From assembly GCA_051294375.1 (NCBI GenBank), contig CM119265.1, forward strand, positions 24,471,861 through 24,535,860: 64,000 nt of DNA, written 5' to 3'. Made by a program: the position numbers and the translations under genes. This document shows, piece by piece, positions 13,450 through 27,675 of this stretch. The notes beneath the pieces are model-generated. The model was given only the letters and a program-made list of their open reading frames with translations. It was not told the DNA's origin and made no database searches. The DNA comes from Paraspadella gotoi (taxonomy: Eukaryota; Animalia; Chaetognatha). Each line of letters begins with the position of its first letter. Position 1 is the stretch's first letter.

Positions 13450-14510
13450 CTTTTTCTCTTTCGTCGGCTAGTCGATCTTCCTTTGGTCGGCATACCGTCT
13501 TTTCTTTCTTCTGCTCCAGAATCTTCTCCTTTTGTCGGCTAACCGATCTTCCTTTTGGTACGCTTACCGATCTTCCTTTTTTGTCAAGCTACCGATCTTC
13601 CTTTTGTCCGGTACCGATTCTTCCCCTACTTTCGTCGGCTACCGATCTTTCGTCTCCTTTTTGTCGGCTACGAGATCTTGCCTCTTTCGTCGGGCGACGC
13701 GCATCTTCCTTTGGTCGGCTTAACGATCTTCTTGCCTTTTGTTCGGCTACCGATATTACCTTTTGTCGGCTAACGATCTTGTAAACCTTTTGTCGGCTAC
13801 CGATCTTCCTTTTTGTCCAGTAACCGATCTTCCTATTTGGTCGGGCTACCGACTCTTCCTTTTGTCGGCTACCGATGCACCACTTCCATTTGTGTCGGCT
13901 ACCTGATCTTTCTTTGTCGGACTACCCGATTTCTTCACCCTTTCGTTCGGGACCGATTTCCTTTGGTGGCTTACCGATCTTTCTTTTGTCGGCTACCGAT
14001 CTTTTTTTGTGGCTACGCGAATCTTTCCATTTTGTTCGGCTACCGATCTTACTCTTTTGTTCAGCATACCGTCTTTTAGCTTTTTTTTCGGTGCTGTCAT
14101 TCCTTTGTTCGGGCTACCGATCTTCTTTTTGGGTCCGGTACCAATCTTCCTTTGTCAGTACCGATCTCCCTTCGTCGGCGACAACGATCTTCCTTTGGGG
14201 TCGGCTAAACCGATCTTCCTTTTGGTCGGCTACCCGACCTCTCCTTTTGTCGGGCCTAACGATCTTCTTTTGTCGGCTACCGATCTTCTTTTGTGCGGCT
14301 TACCGATACTTATTCCTTTCGTCGGCGACCGATCTTCCCCTTTTGGTCGGCTACAAATCTTCTTTTTGTGCGGCCTACCGCATCTTACTTTTGTCGGCAC
14401 CGATCTTGCTTTCGTACGGCGAACCCGATCTTCCTTTGGTCGTTGCTACACCGATCTTTTTTTCGTCGGCTGACCGAACTTCCTTTGGTCGGCGGAACGC
14501 GATCCTTTAA
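13450..14510. repeat. ~22-23-bp minisatellite (TTTGTCGGCTACCGATCTTCCT)n
   Basis: Tandem units are directly visible. Each contains the mini-hairpin TCGG-CTA-CCGA. Confidence 0.9.
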
Positions 14511-17238
14511 TTCGAACAAAAAACCCCTTGGTGGAGATTTTTTCCTCTCTTGAAAAAAAGGGGAAAAACCAATTAGTTTCGTAAAAATCAAATCCGGGCG
14601 GAGATTTTAAAGAAGCGGGATTTATTCTTTTTTTTCCCTTTTTTAATGTTTTTTGGGTCTCTTTTGTCTGGGTGTTTTTTATTTTTTTACTTTGTTTTTT
14701 TATTATCCATTTTTTTTTGTTTTTAAAAAATAATGGATCGGATTTAACAAATATTCACACTTCTTTTTTTGTCTCTGTCATCTTTTAAGCTTAGATTTAG
14801 TTTTCATTCCTCTCTTTTTCCTTCTTGTTTATATCATTTTTATCATCTTTTTTCCTATTTTTTTTTTTTTTATTTTTCTTTCTCCCTTTTTTCCTTCCGC
14901 CTCGTACCTCCACTTCTTTCCATTCTCGATTCCTTCCTGCGTTCCTTTTTTCCACGGTGAGCCCTTTTCTCCAGCTCTTCTCCGTCCTCCATTTTTCCCC
15001 TAATTCGGCTCTCTCGTCTCACCTTTTTTCCTTTTTTTTTTTTTCTCTTGGTCTTCTTTTCTTTTTTTCCCCCGTCCCCTCCAGTCGTTTTCTTTTTCCT
15101 TCTTTATCAATTAGTTTTCCGGTTGTTCTTCAGTCACTGAAGTCAGTTTCCTCAGATCTCTCGCGGTTATCTTTTTTCGCATCAAATGGGAATGAAAAAG
15201 TTCCACGGAAGGGAGAGAAGTAAGGGGGGGGGGGAAGGCGGTGACGGGAGGCAGAAGAGGAAGTGGGAAGGAGCAGCGAGGGAGTGGTTAGAAGGGGGAG
15301 GGTGAGAGAGCATAAGAACTATCAGTGGGTGAATGGAGTGAAAGAAGAAAGAGAGAGGAGTATTGAACAAGAATGTAGAAAAAGAGGAGAAGATAGGTAG
15401 CGGTTGGAAGAAGAGAAAAGAGAAGTAAAATGGTTTATGGAGAGAGAGGGGAAAAATGGGAAATTAAAAAGCAGAGAGGAGAAGAGAGGGATGAAGAAAG
15501 AAGTGAGTAGAAAATTGAGGAAGAAAAATAGAAAAGGCGACATGGGAAATGGAAAAAAAGAGGGGAAGGTGAAGAAAGAGCAAGGTGAGAAAAAAAAGGT
15601 TGAGGTGCAGAGGCAAAAGGAAGGAGCAGCGATTAGAGCGTGAAAAAGTGAGGTGAGAGGCGAAAAAAAAAAAAAAGGGAAGCAAGGTCAAGGGCGAGGA
15701 AAAAGACTGATAGATTTGAAGGCGATAAAATGGAGAAAGCGAGAAAGGAAGGGAAAAAAGTGATGGCATCAAATAAAAGAAGTCCAAGGGGTGAGGGAAG
15801 TCAATCAACGAAATAAAAGGGAAAGAGAGAACCGCAAGGCATGCGAACGCATTTACCTCTCATTCAATCATCTTCATCTCTCTCTCCTCCTCTCCTCAAA
15901 TAATTCTTCTCTCTCCAATCTATATATAAAATAATAGACATCATCTCTATTAAACAATACCATCAAAAATAACCTCCCCACTCTCTCTCACTCTTATCAC
16001 CACATCTCTTCCGCTCAAATTTCATCTCGCTCTCTCTCTATCTTTCCGCTCTCTCTCTCGTCATGCGAGGAATTCTTTTGCATCGGATTCAGTCATAAAA
16101 ATAACCTTTATTCAAGCTGCGTGAGTTGGGTTTCGTTCATAATATAGGTCGTTCGTTTCGTTCTTTTATCGTTCCTTCCTTCCTTCTTTTTTTTTTCATC
16201 ACTTCCTTCCATCCCATACCTTCTTTTTTTCCTTTTTTCTTCTTTTCTTCTTTTCCTTCTTTTCTTCCTTCCTTCCTTCCTTCCTTTCCCTTCCTCTCCT
16301 TCCTTCCTTCCTTTCCTNNNNNNNNNNNNNNNNNNNNNNNNNAGACTGACCTATAAATAAGATAGTCAAATATTAAAAAAAATATATAATGCAATCGAAA
16401 AGATTTTTAACGATTGCATTATATTTTTTTTTTTAATATTTGACTATCTTATTTATAGGTCAGTCTCTCCTCGGCGGGTGTTGGCTCCCCGCTGTAATAT
16501 TACCCACGAAATACGTTCATCTTTCCAACGACGAATCAACGAAAATAAAGGGAGGGAGCGTTGAAAATAAAAGTTTTGGTTTCCATAGTAACTCGGTCGC
16601 AATCTTAAGTTTCCATGGTAACGCGTCTGGGCCGCGACAAACTCGTTTTCTTAACAGTTTTCTCATTCATTCGACGATGAAGAAAAAAAAGGGAATCTCA
16701 TTTCAGGTACTTATTGGATGGGTGGTGCTCATGATGGCTTCTGATTGGATGGGTGGTGCTCAATGCTCATGATGGCTTCTTCTTTATTATTCATCTTTTT
16801 CAATATCTTTCTTTCGTTCACATTTTGTCTTTCTTTTTTCTTTGTTTCTCTCTATTTCTTTCTTCCTATATTTCTTAATTTTCTTTTATACGCTCCACAG
16901 GACATAATTAGTATGTTTAAATCCCATAAGTTTACTATTTCCCTTGCCCTTTTTTTAATGTTGCTTTTATTTTTTATTTGTTTTAACTTCATTTTCCTAT
17001 AATCCGTCTCAACAACATTCAAAGGATCATTCATCTCATTCATTTGTTCATTTGTTCGTCGGATGATTCCATCTCTTCCCGGTTCGTTGCCTCCATTGCA
17101 CATCCATCCATTCGTTCCGGGTTCTCTCCTCCAACTTTGACTTGTCTCTTTATTCTTCCTCTCTCCCCTCTCTCTCTCTCTTCTCTTCTCTCTCTCCTCT
17201 CTCCTCTCTCCTCTTTCTCTCTCTCTCTCTCGCTCTCT

Positions 17239-17288
<50 letters not shown>

Positions 17289-17741
17289 CTCTCTTTCTTC
17301 TCTCTCTCTTCTCTCTCTCTCTCGTTCTCTCTCTTTCTCTCTCGTCATTTTTCCCAGGGTTTTCACCCCACAAAGGAAACGGCCCATAACTTGTGATTTT
17401 ACGAGTTGATCATCTTCCTTTATGATGTTTGATGCCTGAGACGGTAGAGGCGTCGTCGCGAGGGTGTTTCGAAAACCCAAAAGGTGGATATTAAGATTCA
17501 TCGTGACATTTTTATTAAAAAATAAATAAATTCATCAAATTATGTAAGTAAAAAAAAACAGGCATTAACAATACCTATCTACTTTTCAAATGTAAATTTC
17601 CAAACGGTAAAAACATGAGTATCCATTTTTACAACCACAAATTATAACAACATAAATATTAAAATATTAAGTTTAAAAAATCTCTCATTCTTACCATTCC
17701 AACCACTATTCTTTGTCGTCTTTGCATGATGAGGGACCAGG

Positions 17742-17784
<43 letters not shown>

Positions 17785-18374
17785 TCCTGTGAAAAAATGA
17801 GGTCCTGAAACCGGAAGTCGACGATAGCAGATTTTTCCTTTTTTTTTCCTCTAGAATAGAGAAAGAAAAGAAAGAAAAATATGTGAAAAAGTTTGTCGTT
17901 GCTGTGAAAAGTTCACTTATGATTATCACACTTTCTTTGAGTCACGTCACAATTTTTGATCTCGACTCTACGTTGATAAGAAAATCTTTGTAATAGTTTT
18001 TTCATTCATTAATGTTTCCTTTTTACTCACTTCCTAACATAGAATCAAAGGCCATATTTTTCAACAATGCCCGGTTTCAACTTAAATTCAGAATTAAATG
18101 AGTTTTTAAATTAAGTATCAAGGGTACTGGTCAGGGATAAAGTTAATTAGGGATTGGGTTAAATATTCGGTAAAAGATTTATATTAAATACTGCATCAAA
18201 ATTAAATTTAAGGATTAGGAACAAAAACGTGACGCTTTCGGAAAATAGTGCCCTCATCGGAATCCATCTCTTTTCCCCGACCCTAATTGAGGTCGCATCG
18301 ACCTCCAACGTCGCCTCCTCTGCCGGACAAACTCTTTGAAAATCGCCGAACAATTGGCGACTCGGAAAAGGAGC

Positions 18375-19050
18375 CTTTTCTCTTTTGTCGGCTTCGATTC
18401 CCTTGTCGCCTCCCATTCCTTTTGTCGGCTACCGATCTTCCTTTCGTCGGCTATCGATCTTCCTTTGGTCGGCTACCGATCTTCCTTTTCTCTGCTCCCG
18501 ATCTTCCTTTTGTCGGCTACGCGATCTTTCTTTTGTCGCTTACCGATTCTCCTTTTGTCAGCTAACCGATCTTACTTTTCTGTCGGCTAACCGATCTTCC
18601 TCTTTTGTCGCTACCGATCTTCCTTTTGTCGGCTACCCGATCTTCTCTTCCCCGGCGGCCGACCGATCTGTCTTCCTCTTGGTCGCTACGACTTTTCCTT
18701 TGTCGGCTAAAACCGATCTTGACTCTTTTGGGCTACCGATCTTCCTTTTGTCCGGCTACCGATCTTCCTTTGTCAGCTACCCGGTCTTCCTTTATGGTCG
18801 GCTAACGCGATCTTGCCTTTTGTTCAGGCCTAACCGGATCTTCCTTTTGGTCGGCTACCGGATCTTCCCTTGTGCAAGCTAAACCGATCTTGCCTCTTCG
18901 TCGGCGACCGGATCTTCCTTTAGGTTGGCGTACCATCTTCCTTTTGTCGGCTACCGATCTTCCTTTCGTCGGCGACCGATCTTCCTTTGGTCGGCTACCG
19001 ATCTTCCTTTCGTCGGCTACCGAACTTCCTTTGGTCGGCGACCGATCTTT
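18375..19050. repeat. Second, shorter copy of the 22-bp minisatellite array
   Basis: Same unit and same flanks as 13450-14510. Confidence 0.9.
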
Positions 19051-20331
19051 AATTCGAACGAAAAAACCCCGTGGAGATTTTTTCTCTCTAGAAAAAGAAA
19101 AACCAATTAGTTCGTAAAAATCCCAAATCCGGGGAGATTTTAAAGAGGGGATTTATTCTTTTTTTCTTTTTTAATGTTTTTGGGTCTCTTTTGTTGGTGA
19201 TTTTATTTCTTTTACTTTGTTTTTATTATCCATTTTTGTTTTTAAAATAATGGATCGGATTTACGTAAATTTACACTTTTTTGTCTCTGTCATCTTTAAG
19301 CTTTAGATTTAGTTTTCATTCTCTCTTTCCTTCTTGTTTATTCATTTTTTATCATCTTCTTTTCTTTTTTCTTTTTTTTTTCTAATCCCTCTTTTTCTCC
19401 CTCCTACCTCCACTTCTTTCCTTCTCGATTCCTTCTCTTCTTTTTCACCCCTTTCTCCCTCCCCCCCCTCCATTTTCCCCCATCGCTCCTTCGTCTCCCC
19501 TTTTCCTTTTTTTCTTTCTCTTTTCTTTTCCTCTTTTCTTTTTCCTTCTTATCAATTTAGTTTCCTTCTCTCAGTCACGAAGTCAGTTTCCTCGATCTCT
19601 CGTTATCTTTTTCGCTCAATGGGAATGAAAAGTTCCACGGGAAGGGAGAAGAGTAAGGGGGGGGGAAGGCGGACGGAGCAAAAGAGGAGTGGGAAGGAAG
19701 GAGGGAGTGGTAGAAGGGGGAAGGGATGAGAGAGCATAAGATATCAGGGGTGAATGGAGAAAAGAGAAGAGAGAGGAGTATGAACAAGAGAATGTAGAAA
19801 AAAGAGAGAAGATAGGTAGCGTTGGAAGAAGAAAAAGAAAGAAAATGGTTTATGGAGAGAGAGGGGAAAATGGGAAATTAAAAAAGAGAGAGGAGGAGAG
19901 AGGGATGAAGAAAGAAGTGAGTAGAAAATTGAGGAAGAAAAATAGAAAAGGGATGGGAAATGGAAAAAAAGAGAAGGGAAGAAAGCAAGGTGAGAAAAAG
20001 TGAGGTGAGAGGCAAAAGGAAGGAGAGCGATTAGAGCGTGAAAAAGTGAGGTGAGAGGCGAAAAAAAGGGAAGCAAGCAAGGCGAGGAAAAAGACTGATA
20101 GATTTGAAGGCGATGAAAATGGAGAACGAGAAAGGAAGGGAAAAAGAAGGTGATGGCATCAATAAATAGAAAGTCCAAGGGGTGAGGGAAGTCATCAAGA
20201 AATAAAAGGGAAACAAAGAGAGAGTATTTTCCTTCCTTCTTTCATCACTTCACTTCTCACCTGTAGGAATGAATCTCCACGTTCCTTATTTTACATTCCT
20301 TATATTTATTTCTCTCTCTCTCTCTCTATCT

Positions 20332-20384
<53 letters not shown>

Positions 20385-20838
20385 GCTCTCTCTTCTTCTC
20401 TCCTTCCTTCCTTCCATATCCTTCCCTAATCTCCTTCCTATCTCCGTATAAAAAACCCTCGTGCTCACACGAGAAAATAATGATATAAACTGCAACAGAG
20501 GAGAAAGAGAAGAAAAGGAAAAGCCATGACATCACGTGATTCCTGATTAGACAACCAAAAAAAAACAAGTTTTATGCAGAAGATTTAAGAAAAGAAAAGG
20601 AGAGAGCGGAGGGGAAAGATTTCATCAAAAAAAAAAGACAGCAATAGCCGAAGAGGAGGAGGGAAAAGGAAGGAGAAGAGTGAACGGGAGATGAAGGAAA
20701 CATTAGCCAAACGAAAAGTGGGGGAGAGAAGAGAGAGAGAGAGAGAGAGAAAGAAGATGAAGAGAGAAAGGACGAGAGAGAGAGAGAGAGGGAGGGACGA
20801 GAGAGTGAGGAGAGAGAGAGAGAGAGAGAGAGCGAGAG

Positions 20839-20874
<36 letters not shown>

Positions 20875-20944
20875 GAGAGAGAGAGCAGAGAAAGAGAGAG
20901 AGAGAGAGAGAGAGTAGAGAGAGAGAACAGAGAGAGAGAGAAGC

Positions 20945-20983
<39 letters not shown>

Positions 20984-21017
20984 GAGAAGAGAGAAGAGAG
21001 AAGAGAAATAGAAGAGA

Positions 21018-21055
<38 letters not shown>

Positions 21056-22937
21056 TGAAGTGGTTCGGCGGGAATGATTTGATGACGTGCCGGAGATAGC
21101 AAGACTGCTTCCTTTCGGCCTCATCCGTCGGCCCAGAGGTGTCAAGGGACGGCAATTTCGTGGTCTTGGAGCCGCCAATGANNNNNNNNNNNNNNNNNNN
21201 NNNNNNNNNNNNNNNNNNNNNNNNNNNNNNNNNNNNNNNNNNNNNNNNNNNNNNNNNNNNNNNNNNNNNNNNNNNNNNNNNNNNNNNNNNNNNNNNNNNN
21301 NNNNNNNNNNNNNNNNNNNNNNNNNNNNNNNNNNNNNNNNNNNNNNNNNNNNNNNNNNNNNNNNNNNNNNNNNNNNNNNNNNNNNNNNNNNNNNNNNNNN
21401 NNNNNNNNNNNNNNNNNNNNNNNNNNNNNNNNNNNNNNNNNNNNNNNNNNNNNNGACCGCCATGAAAAGATGGCACGATGGTAAAGCCTAAGGCGGAATA
21501 GAAAGAGTGGCACGGGGATAGACGGAGCAGTTGACAAGGAAGGGCCCCGATGGCAACCTAATACGTTCGAGCCCTGAATCCGAGACGGCTCTGATGGCGA
21601 GATTGCCGAGAAGTCAAAGAGACCAACTGCAAATGACGAATCGATGTCAAGCGAAAAGAGGCATATTTCGGAGAGCGTCGCGAAATGAGGCGATGGACGA
21701 AAGGCTGGTGATCACGTCGGTTGTGAGATGAAGAGTCACACGACGTTGCCTGGAAAGTCACTCTATTGGGTTGAATTAAACTCTCTGTAACCAATTTTAT
21801 ACAAGCAGTTTTTGAAAATTTTTTAATTAAATATTTGATATTAAATTTCTGAGGTTATATTTAAGCATAGAGACCTAAATTTTTAATGTTTTTAATCACC
21901 TGTTATGAAATAAATCTCAATTATACAAATTTGTGTTTATTCCTTTTCATTAATAAGATTAAATGAACTAAAATTTAGTCGTCAAAAATCGCTTTTGGGA
22001 CGGAAACAAAGAAGCATCTAGCAGAAAGCAAAAGAGAAAAGAGGAAAACAAAATTCACTGATTAAAAAAATGCGAGCAAAAAGCAGAAACCGGAAAGTGG
22101 CGACAGGGAGAGAGACGAGAGAGAGAGAGAGAACGCAGACGAGACGAGGAGAGGCGAGAGGAGATGAGAGGCGAGGAGATCCGAGGAGAGAGAGGAGGAA
22201 GAGATGCGAGAGCGCCCGAGAGAGATAGACGGACGAGAGATGGCTGCGACGGAGAGACGAGAGGGTACCAACGAGACGACAGAGAGAGACCGGAGAGAGA
22301 GAGAGACGACGCAGGAAAGAAGAGGAGAGTTATGAGACAAGGAGAGAGACGAGAGAGAGGAGAGAGATTGCCGATGACCGAGCGCTCGAGAGGATTTGTC
22401 ATAACCTTAAGACTAAAGCTCAGTTGCCAAGAGGTGTTGCGAGTTTTGCAAATGTCTTTGGTGAGAGAAGAGGGATATTGGGAGGGGGCGATGGGGGAGA
22501 TGGATCTGAGGGGGAGGAGAGGGAGGAACGATTGAAGATTTAAGTTGTGGCGTGAAGGGAGTTCGGGGCGGGTGGGTATAGTGGGGCGTGAGATTGAAGA
22601 GTTCGAGTTATTTAGTGGGTAATTGTGGGGCTGAAGGACGGATTGTTTGATGATGGAGGAAATTAATAGGAGTTGTGGTTTGTAATGTTGAAAAGATTGG
22701 AGGGTCGAGGGTTTTTTTCGATTAGGGTTTTCGTTGTGAATCGGTTGATCAATAAGATTGGGTGTAGAAAAAAACAACGATTTCTGGATGCTTACAAACT
22801 GGTGACATCAAAAGCGAAAAGCGGACGGGCCTCGGACCCTCCGTTCCTTGTCATCCCTCGAATATTCCGTTTAAGCCAGAGATTTGCTTTAATTGTTTTC
22901 TCACATTTAGCGTGGAATCGATCAACGTTTTATACAG

Positions 22938-22981
<44 letters not shown>

Positions 22982-25401
22982 GAGAGAGAGAGACGAGAGG
23001 GAGAGAGGGAGGAGGAGGGGAAGAATACTGGTGTTCATTGTTCATTCTTTCCCTTGTCGACGCTGTAAGAGGAATTTTGAATAATTAATATCTTCTTTTT
23101 TTAAATAAAAAAAAGAAAGCTTTAGTTTTGTATTAGTATAGAATTGAACAAAGGAATTTTACAAAAAAGAAAAGAGAAGAAGAGACAGAGAGGACAGAGA
23201 GAGAGAGAGAGAGGAGAGAGAGAGGAGAGAGGAGAGAGAGGAGAGAGAGGAGGAGAGGTGATGAGGAGAGAAAGCAAAGATGAGGGGGCGGGAGGAGGAG
23301 AGGGATGGCAGTAGAGATGATGGGAGAGAAGATGGAGGAGAGAGAGAGAGAGAGAGAAACAATAGGAGGAAGGCTGACAAGAAAAAGGCAGAAAAATAGG
23401 GAAAAAAAGGGAAAAAAATACAAACAGACTAAATATTAATTGAGAAAGATGAACCGATGAGATGAGATTAAGAAGATGAGTGATTTGAATTAGAAGCTGA
23501 AATTGGTTCGAGACGAAGAGATTTAAAAGAAAGATATCCAAGGAGAAGAGATTTTTGAAAACAATACGAGATTTTTAATGGGAGATAAAATAGTTAAGAA
23601 ATTGATACAACCAATATAAAAATTGTCCTTTATTTCAATAAATAAAATTCCAGAAAAATAACATAGCAGAACCCTGCACCTTTGTATTTAAAGAATTCAT
23701 TATAATAACATGGATTTGCAAACTAGATTAAGTAATTTCGGGTTTAGATTAATTTTGTTTTACTTTTTACTATTAGCAATTAGAGAAAGCGACGATGAAT
23801 ATAAATTTGATTATAAGCGAAAGAACTAAAGAGGAAAAATGAACTCGTTATTTTCTTTCACTTAGAAAAGATAAACAAATCGACCTTTACGTGAATCGCT
23901 AGAAGGTTTTTTTTATCTTCTTCTTTTTTATGCTTATGAGAAAAGAGAATTAATCAGAAGGCAGAGGAGCGCCGGCGTTTGCCGACTTGCCCGGAGAGTT
24001 GGCCAAGAGAGGAAGAGAGAAGTAAAATCGATGCGAGAAAAGAGAAACAGAGACCGAGATGATAAGAGGAAAGAGAGAAGAGACTGGGAATGAAGAGAAG
24101 ATAAAAAGAGAGGTGGCAGAATATGAAGTAAAGAAAGAAAGAGAGGTACCTGAAAATAGATAGAGGATAAAAAGAGAACAGGCGGAATATGAAAGCGAGG
24201 AAAAACAGAGGTGGCTGAGAATGAAGACGAGAAAATAGAGAAGAGGCTGAAAATAAAGAAAGAGAAAAAAAGAAAAGAGGCTGCGAATGAAGACGACATT
24301 AAAAGATGAAATGGAAGGAAATGGAGATGGCTTGAGAAAAATAAGATAGAGAATAAATAAGTGGCTGGAAATAAAGTCAAGAGAAGAGGCTGGATCATTA
24401 GATAAGAGCGAAAAAAGAGAAGGCTGAAAAAGAAATTGCGTGGTTGTCAGCGAAGAATGAACTGATTGTGAAGATTCTTTCAATCGTCAAATTCACATCC
24501 ACTTTATAAGGGATTCTGTTTGTAAAATCTCGCAATGTATATATAAATGTCAAGAAGAAATCTGATGCAAAGACTAAAAAAGCGGGAAAATTTTAAAAGA
24601 GAGAAGAAAGTCTAAATGATTTTAATAAAGATGTTGAAGATGGGATGACTATCACCACGATGAGGTGATAATGAAAATGATACAAAAGACGACGATGACG
24701 ACGATAACGATGACAAAGACGATGACGACGACGACAACGATGCCAATCGCCACAACGACGTTTCCTCGAGTCAACTTCCGACTTTCGTCTCTTTATTGGA
24801 AGATTCCGACTTTAGCGCCGCCTAATGTGGCCCCATAGAACCAGCGAAGACTCGATAATCGTCTTTTGTTAGTCATTTGTTTTGCTTGTAATCTCGAACG
24901 ACGACAGCGAGGCCGGTGGCGACGACGACGACGACGATGATGATGATGATAATGACAACGAAGAAGTCGACGACTTACATTGATGATGAGGATGATTATA
25001 AGAACGAAAACGCCGACAACAACAACGACAAATTGAGGGCGACAACGATGACGACGAATACAGCGACGATGACAACGAATATATAAAAAAACGACGACAA
25101 TGATGATGACAATAACGAAAACCTCTTTGGACGAAGACAACGATTTTTTTGATGAGGAAAAAAAAGGAAGACGAAAGAAGACGATGTGTCTACAACAACG
25201 ACAACGGCAACAACGACAACAGCGATGGAGACAACCACCGACGTGAGCAGCGACCCAAATAAGATAAAGAGAAAAACAACAACAAAACGACGACGACGAC
25301 GAAGACGAGGCACTGAATTCGTCACTCTATTATGCAAATGAGATTCAAGGGAAACCCGAGGGTTCAATCTGAAGGGAGAAAAAGTTGGCGGGAAAAATCT
25401 G

Positions 25402-25460
<59 letters not shown>

Positions 25461-25482
25461 AGATAGATAGAGACGCAGAGAG

Positions 25483-25533
<51 letters not shown>

Positions 25534-25942
25534 GAGAGAGAAAAGAGAGAGAGAAAAAACAAAAGACTTTTGAATTTAAGATTCATTGTTCGATGCGGTT
25601 GAAAAAACAACATCAGAAAGAGAGAATTAGTATTTTAGACTAGTGTTTAAATGAGCGACTCTTTTTTGTTTTTGTTTTTTCTGTTTTGTTTTGTTTTTTT
25701 TAAAGAAAATTTAGGTATAAAAAGAAGAGAAAAAAGGTAACATGTCTTTAAAGATAAAAAGACAGTTTTTCGAACAATATATGAGATTAGATTAAATGTA
25801 GCAAATAATCGATCTTTCGTATAGCTTGTTAAAAACCGCCAACGACGAAAAAGTAAAAGTAAACAATTTTCTGTTTATTATCTCTTCTAGGATCGATATG
25901 TCTCCATGCGACTATTTTGAAAATGAAGAGAAGGAGAGAGAG

Positions 25943-25990
<48 letters not shown>

Positions 25991-26995
25991 GAGCCTAAAG
26001 AGACCTCGTTGCGAGACAACTCATTGTTAAATTTGCTGCAATTTAAGCTTTGGCAAAGGTAAACTTTCTAACGACGACAAATATTTACGAATCTGAAATT
26101 CAACCTTTTTTTAAAACTTTGTTACCCTTTTTATAAAGGTTAACGGTTAAAGGTTTAAGGTTTGCGTTGATCCTGATTCGTTTAAAACTCAAAATGTTTT
26201 CAAAGTCGGAGATTTGCCTCATTTTATCTTTGTTCGGAATCTTCGACCGTAAGTTTAATAAAAAAGTTTTTATTTGTTGCAAAAAACGATTTTCGAATAT
26301 AAAAATTCTAAACATATTAACTGCATAATATTTATTACATTTCATATAAAAAAATTTATGCAGTAACACACATCAACACGATAAAGTTAAGTCAAACTTT
26401 TCCCAAAACGGAAAAAATTAGGAGGAAATTATTTCAAAGATTTTCAGAGATAGTAATAGTAGTAGTAATAGTAGTCTTAATAGTAGTAATAGTAATAGTA
26501 ATACTATGTCATTCGTTGGTTTTCCGAGAAAACAAAAGATCTGTCGACAACTGTCGTTGTTTCGTTTTGTTCCACCAGAGGGACGAGCGACGGTCGCGGA
26601 GTCTAAAAGGGAGACGGAATGCCGTCTCAACGCCAAGGACACTATTCCTAAAGTTTAGTTTGTTTGAAATTATTTTCCGTCTGTCTGTCCGTCTGTCTGT
26701 CTGTCTGTTTTTCGATCTACCTCGCTCTCCGGCGATCTGTAGGTAACATTCAGTATGTGGTGTCCACTGTCATACGTGGACTGTCATTGAATCTTTGTCT
26801 GTCTGGCTGTCTCTCATTGTATCGACACTTCTGTTTCCTGAACTGTCAGTCAGCCTGCCTTTTTTTCTCTGTCTGTCAGACCGTTTTTCTGTCTGTCAGT
26901 TTGTCCATCTATATCTGTCACCTATTCGCTTATCTGTAGACCAACCGATTATCAATGAAGTAAGAATTAAGCATTGACGAAATTTCAATTTCTAG

Positions 26996-27675
26996 GAGTT
27001 GGAGAAAACTGTTCGTCCTCGGACATGACGACGATGACGACGACGACGATGACGACGACGACGATGACGACGATGACGACGACGACGACGCCGACGACGA
27101 CGTCGACGACGACGTCGATCAAGTCTTGTCGATATTTTTGTTCCTCGGGCGTCGGATCCGTCAAATGCGAAGTCGTCGACGGGAAATCGATCCTGATCTC
27201 CAGTTGCGACGGGAGTATCGGTAGCGGCAGCGGCAGCGGTCTCAGCAGCGGCAGCGACCTCCTGCAGCGGGACCGGGAGTGTCTCTGTCGCCTTACAAAG
27301 TAGCCAGGCCTGTTCCGAGGGATCTTCTGAAAGCTCAGAGCGTCAACGCCGCTTCCAAAACCGACGGTGAGAAAAACAGAAGCGAAAAGGCCTGGGTTTT
27401 TTTTTTGTGGGGGGAGGGACGGAGGGACGGAGGTGTGTCGTTTTTGACTCGTTATGTTTATTTTCCTTTTAGCTTCGATGCAAGTTAGTCATTCCGAGTC
27501 AGATGATGTCCGAGCTGACGGAGATCGGAAGGGCGCCAACAATACTGACACAGGCGGCGACGTCGTTATCTCAAAGGGCGGCGACGCCACCAGAGTCGGC
27601 GCCCATATCGGCGTCGTCTTTCTCATCGTCGTCGTCGGCGTCGTCTTTGCTTCTCCTTCTCTGATTTTCGTATGA
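26996..27675 (+). CDS. 3' part of a Thr-rich/Cys-rich secreted surface protein with C-terminal hydrophobic (GPI-like) tail; contains a 1-nt frameshift
   Basis: After the acceptor ttctag (26995), the exon reads VGENCSSSDMTTMTTTT...SIKSCRYFCSSGVGSVKCEVVDG...SSCDG...ECLC. It continues in a different frame as PYKVARPVPRDLLKAQSVNAASKTD-G|gtgag (exon end 27366). The phase-1 last exon 27473-27675 reads ASMQVSHSESDD...GGDATRVGAHIGVVFLIVVVGVVFASPSLIFV*. One extra C near 27290 would restore the frame. Upstream exons are unresolved. Confidence 0.55.

Larger units (their letters stand above)
10630..20220 (+). repeat. Direct duplication ~10630-15830 / 16343-20220
   Basis: The two copies are colinear and near-identical with indel noise. 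The second copy starts exactly after the 25-N gap at 16318-16342. Confidence 0.9.

Noticed and set aside
13450-19050. CRISPR-like appearance of the palindromic 22-bp repeats
   Set aside because: The units are head-to-tail with no unique spacers, there are no cas genes, and the context is eukaryotic.
4634-20220. Biological tandem segmental duplications
   Set aside because: The copies differ mostly by 1-2-nt indels and abut exactly 25-N gaps (4634-4658, 7937-7961, 16318-16342), as expected for overfilled long-read gap closure or uncollapsed haplotypes.
24640-25320. Asp/Thr-rich (GAC)n region as a coding exon
   Set aside because: There is no sustained frame and no supportable splice sites; it is low-complexity trinucleotide sequence.
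16852-25613. ER/RE- and LS-repeat ORFs
   Set aside because: They are translations of (AG)n microsatellites and N runs.
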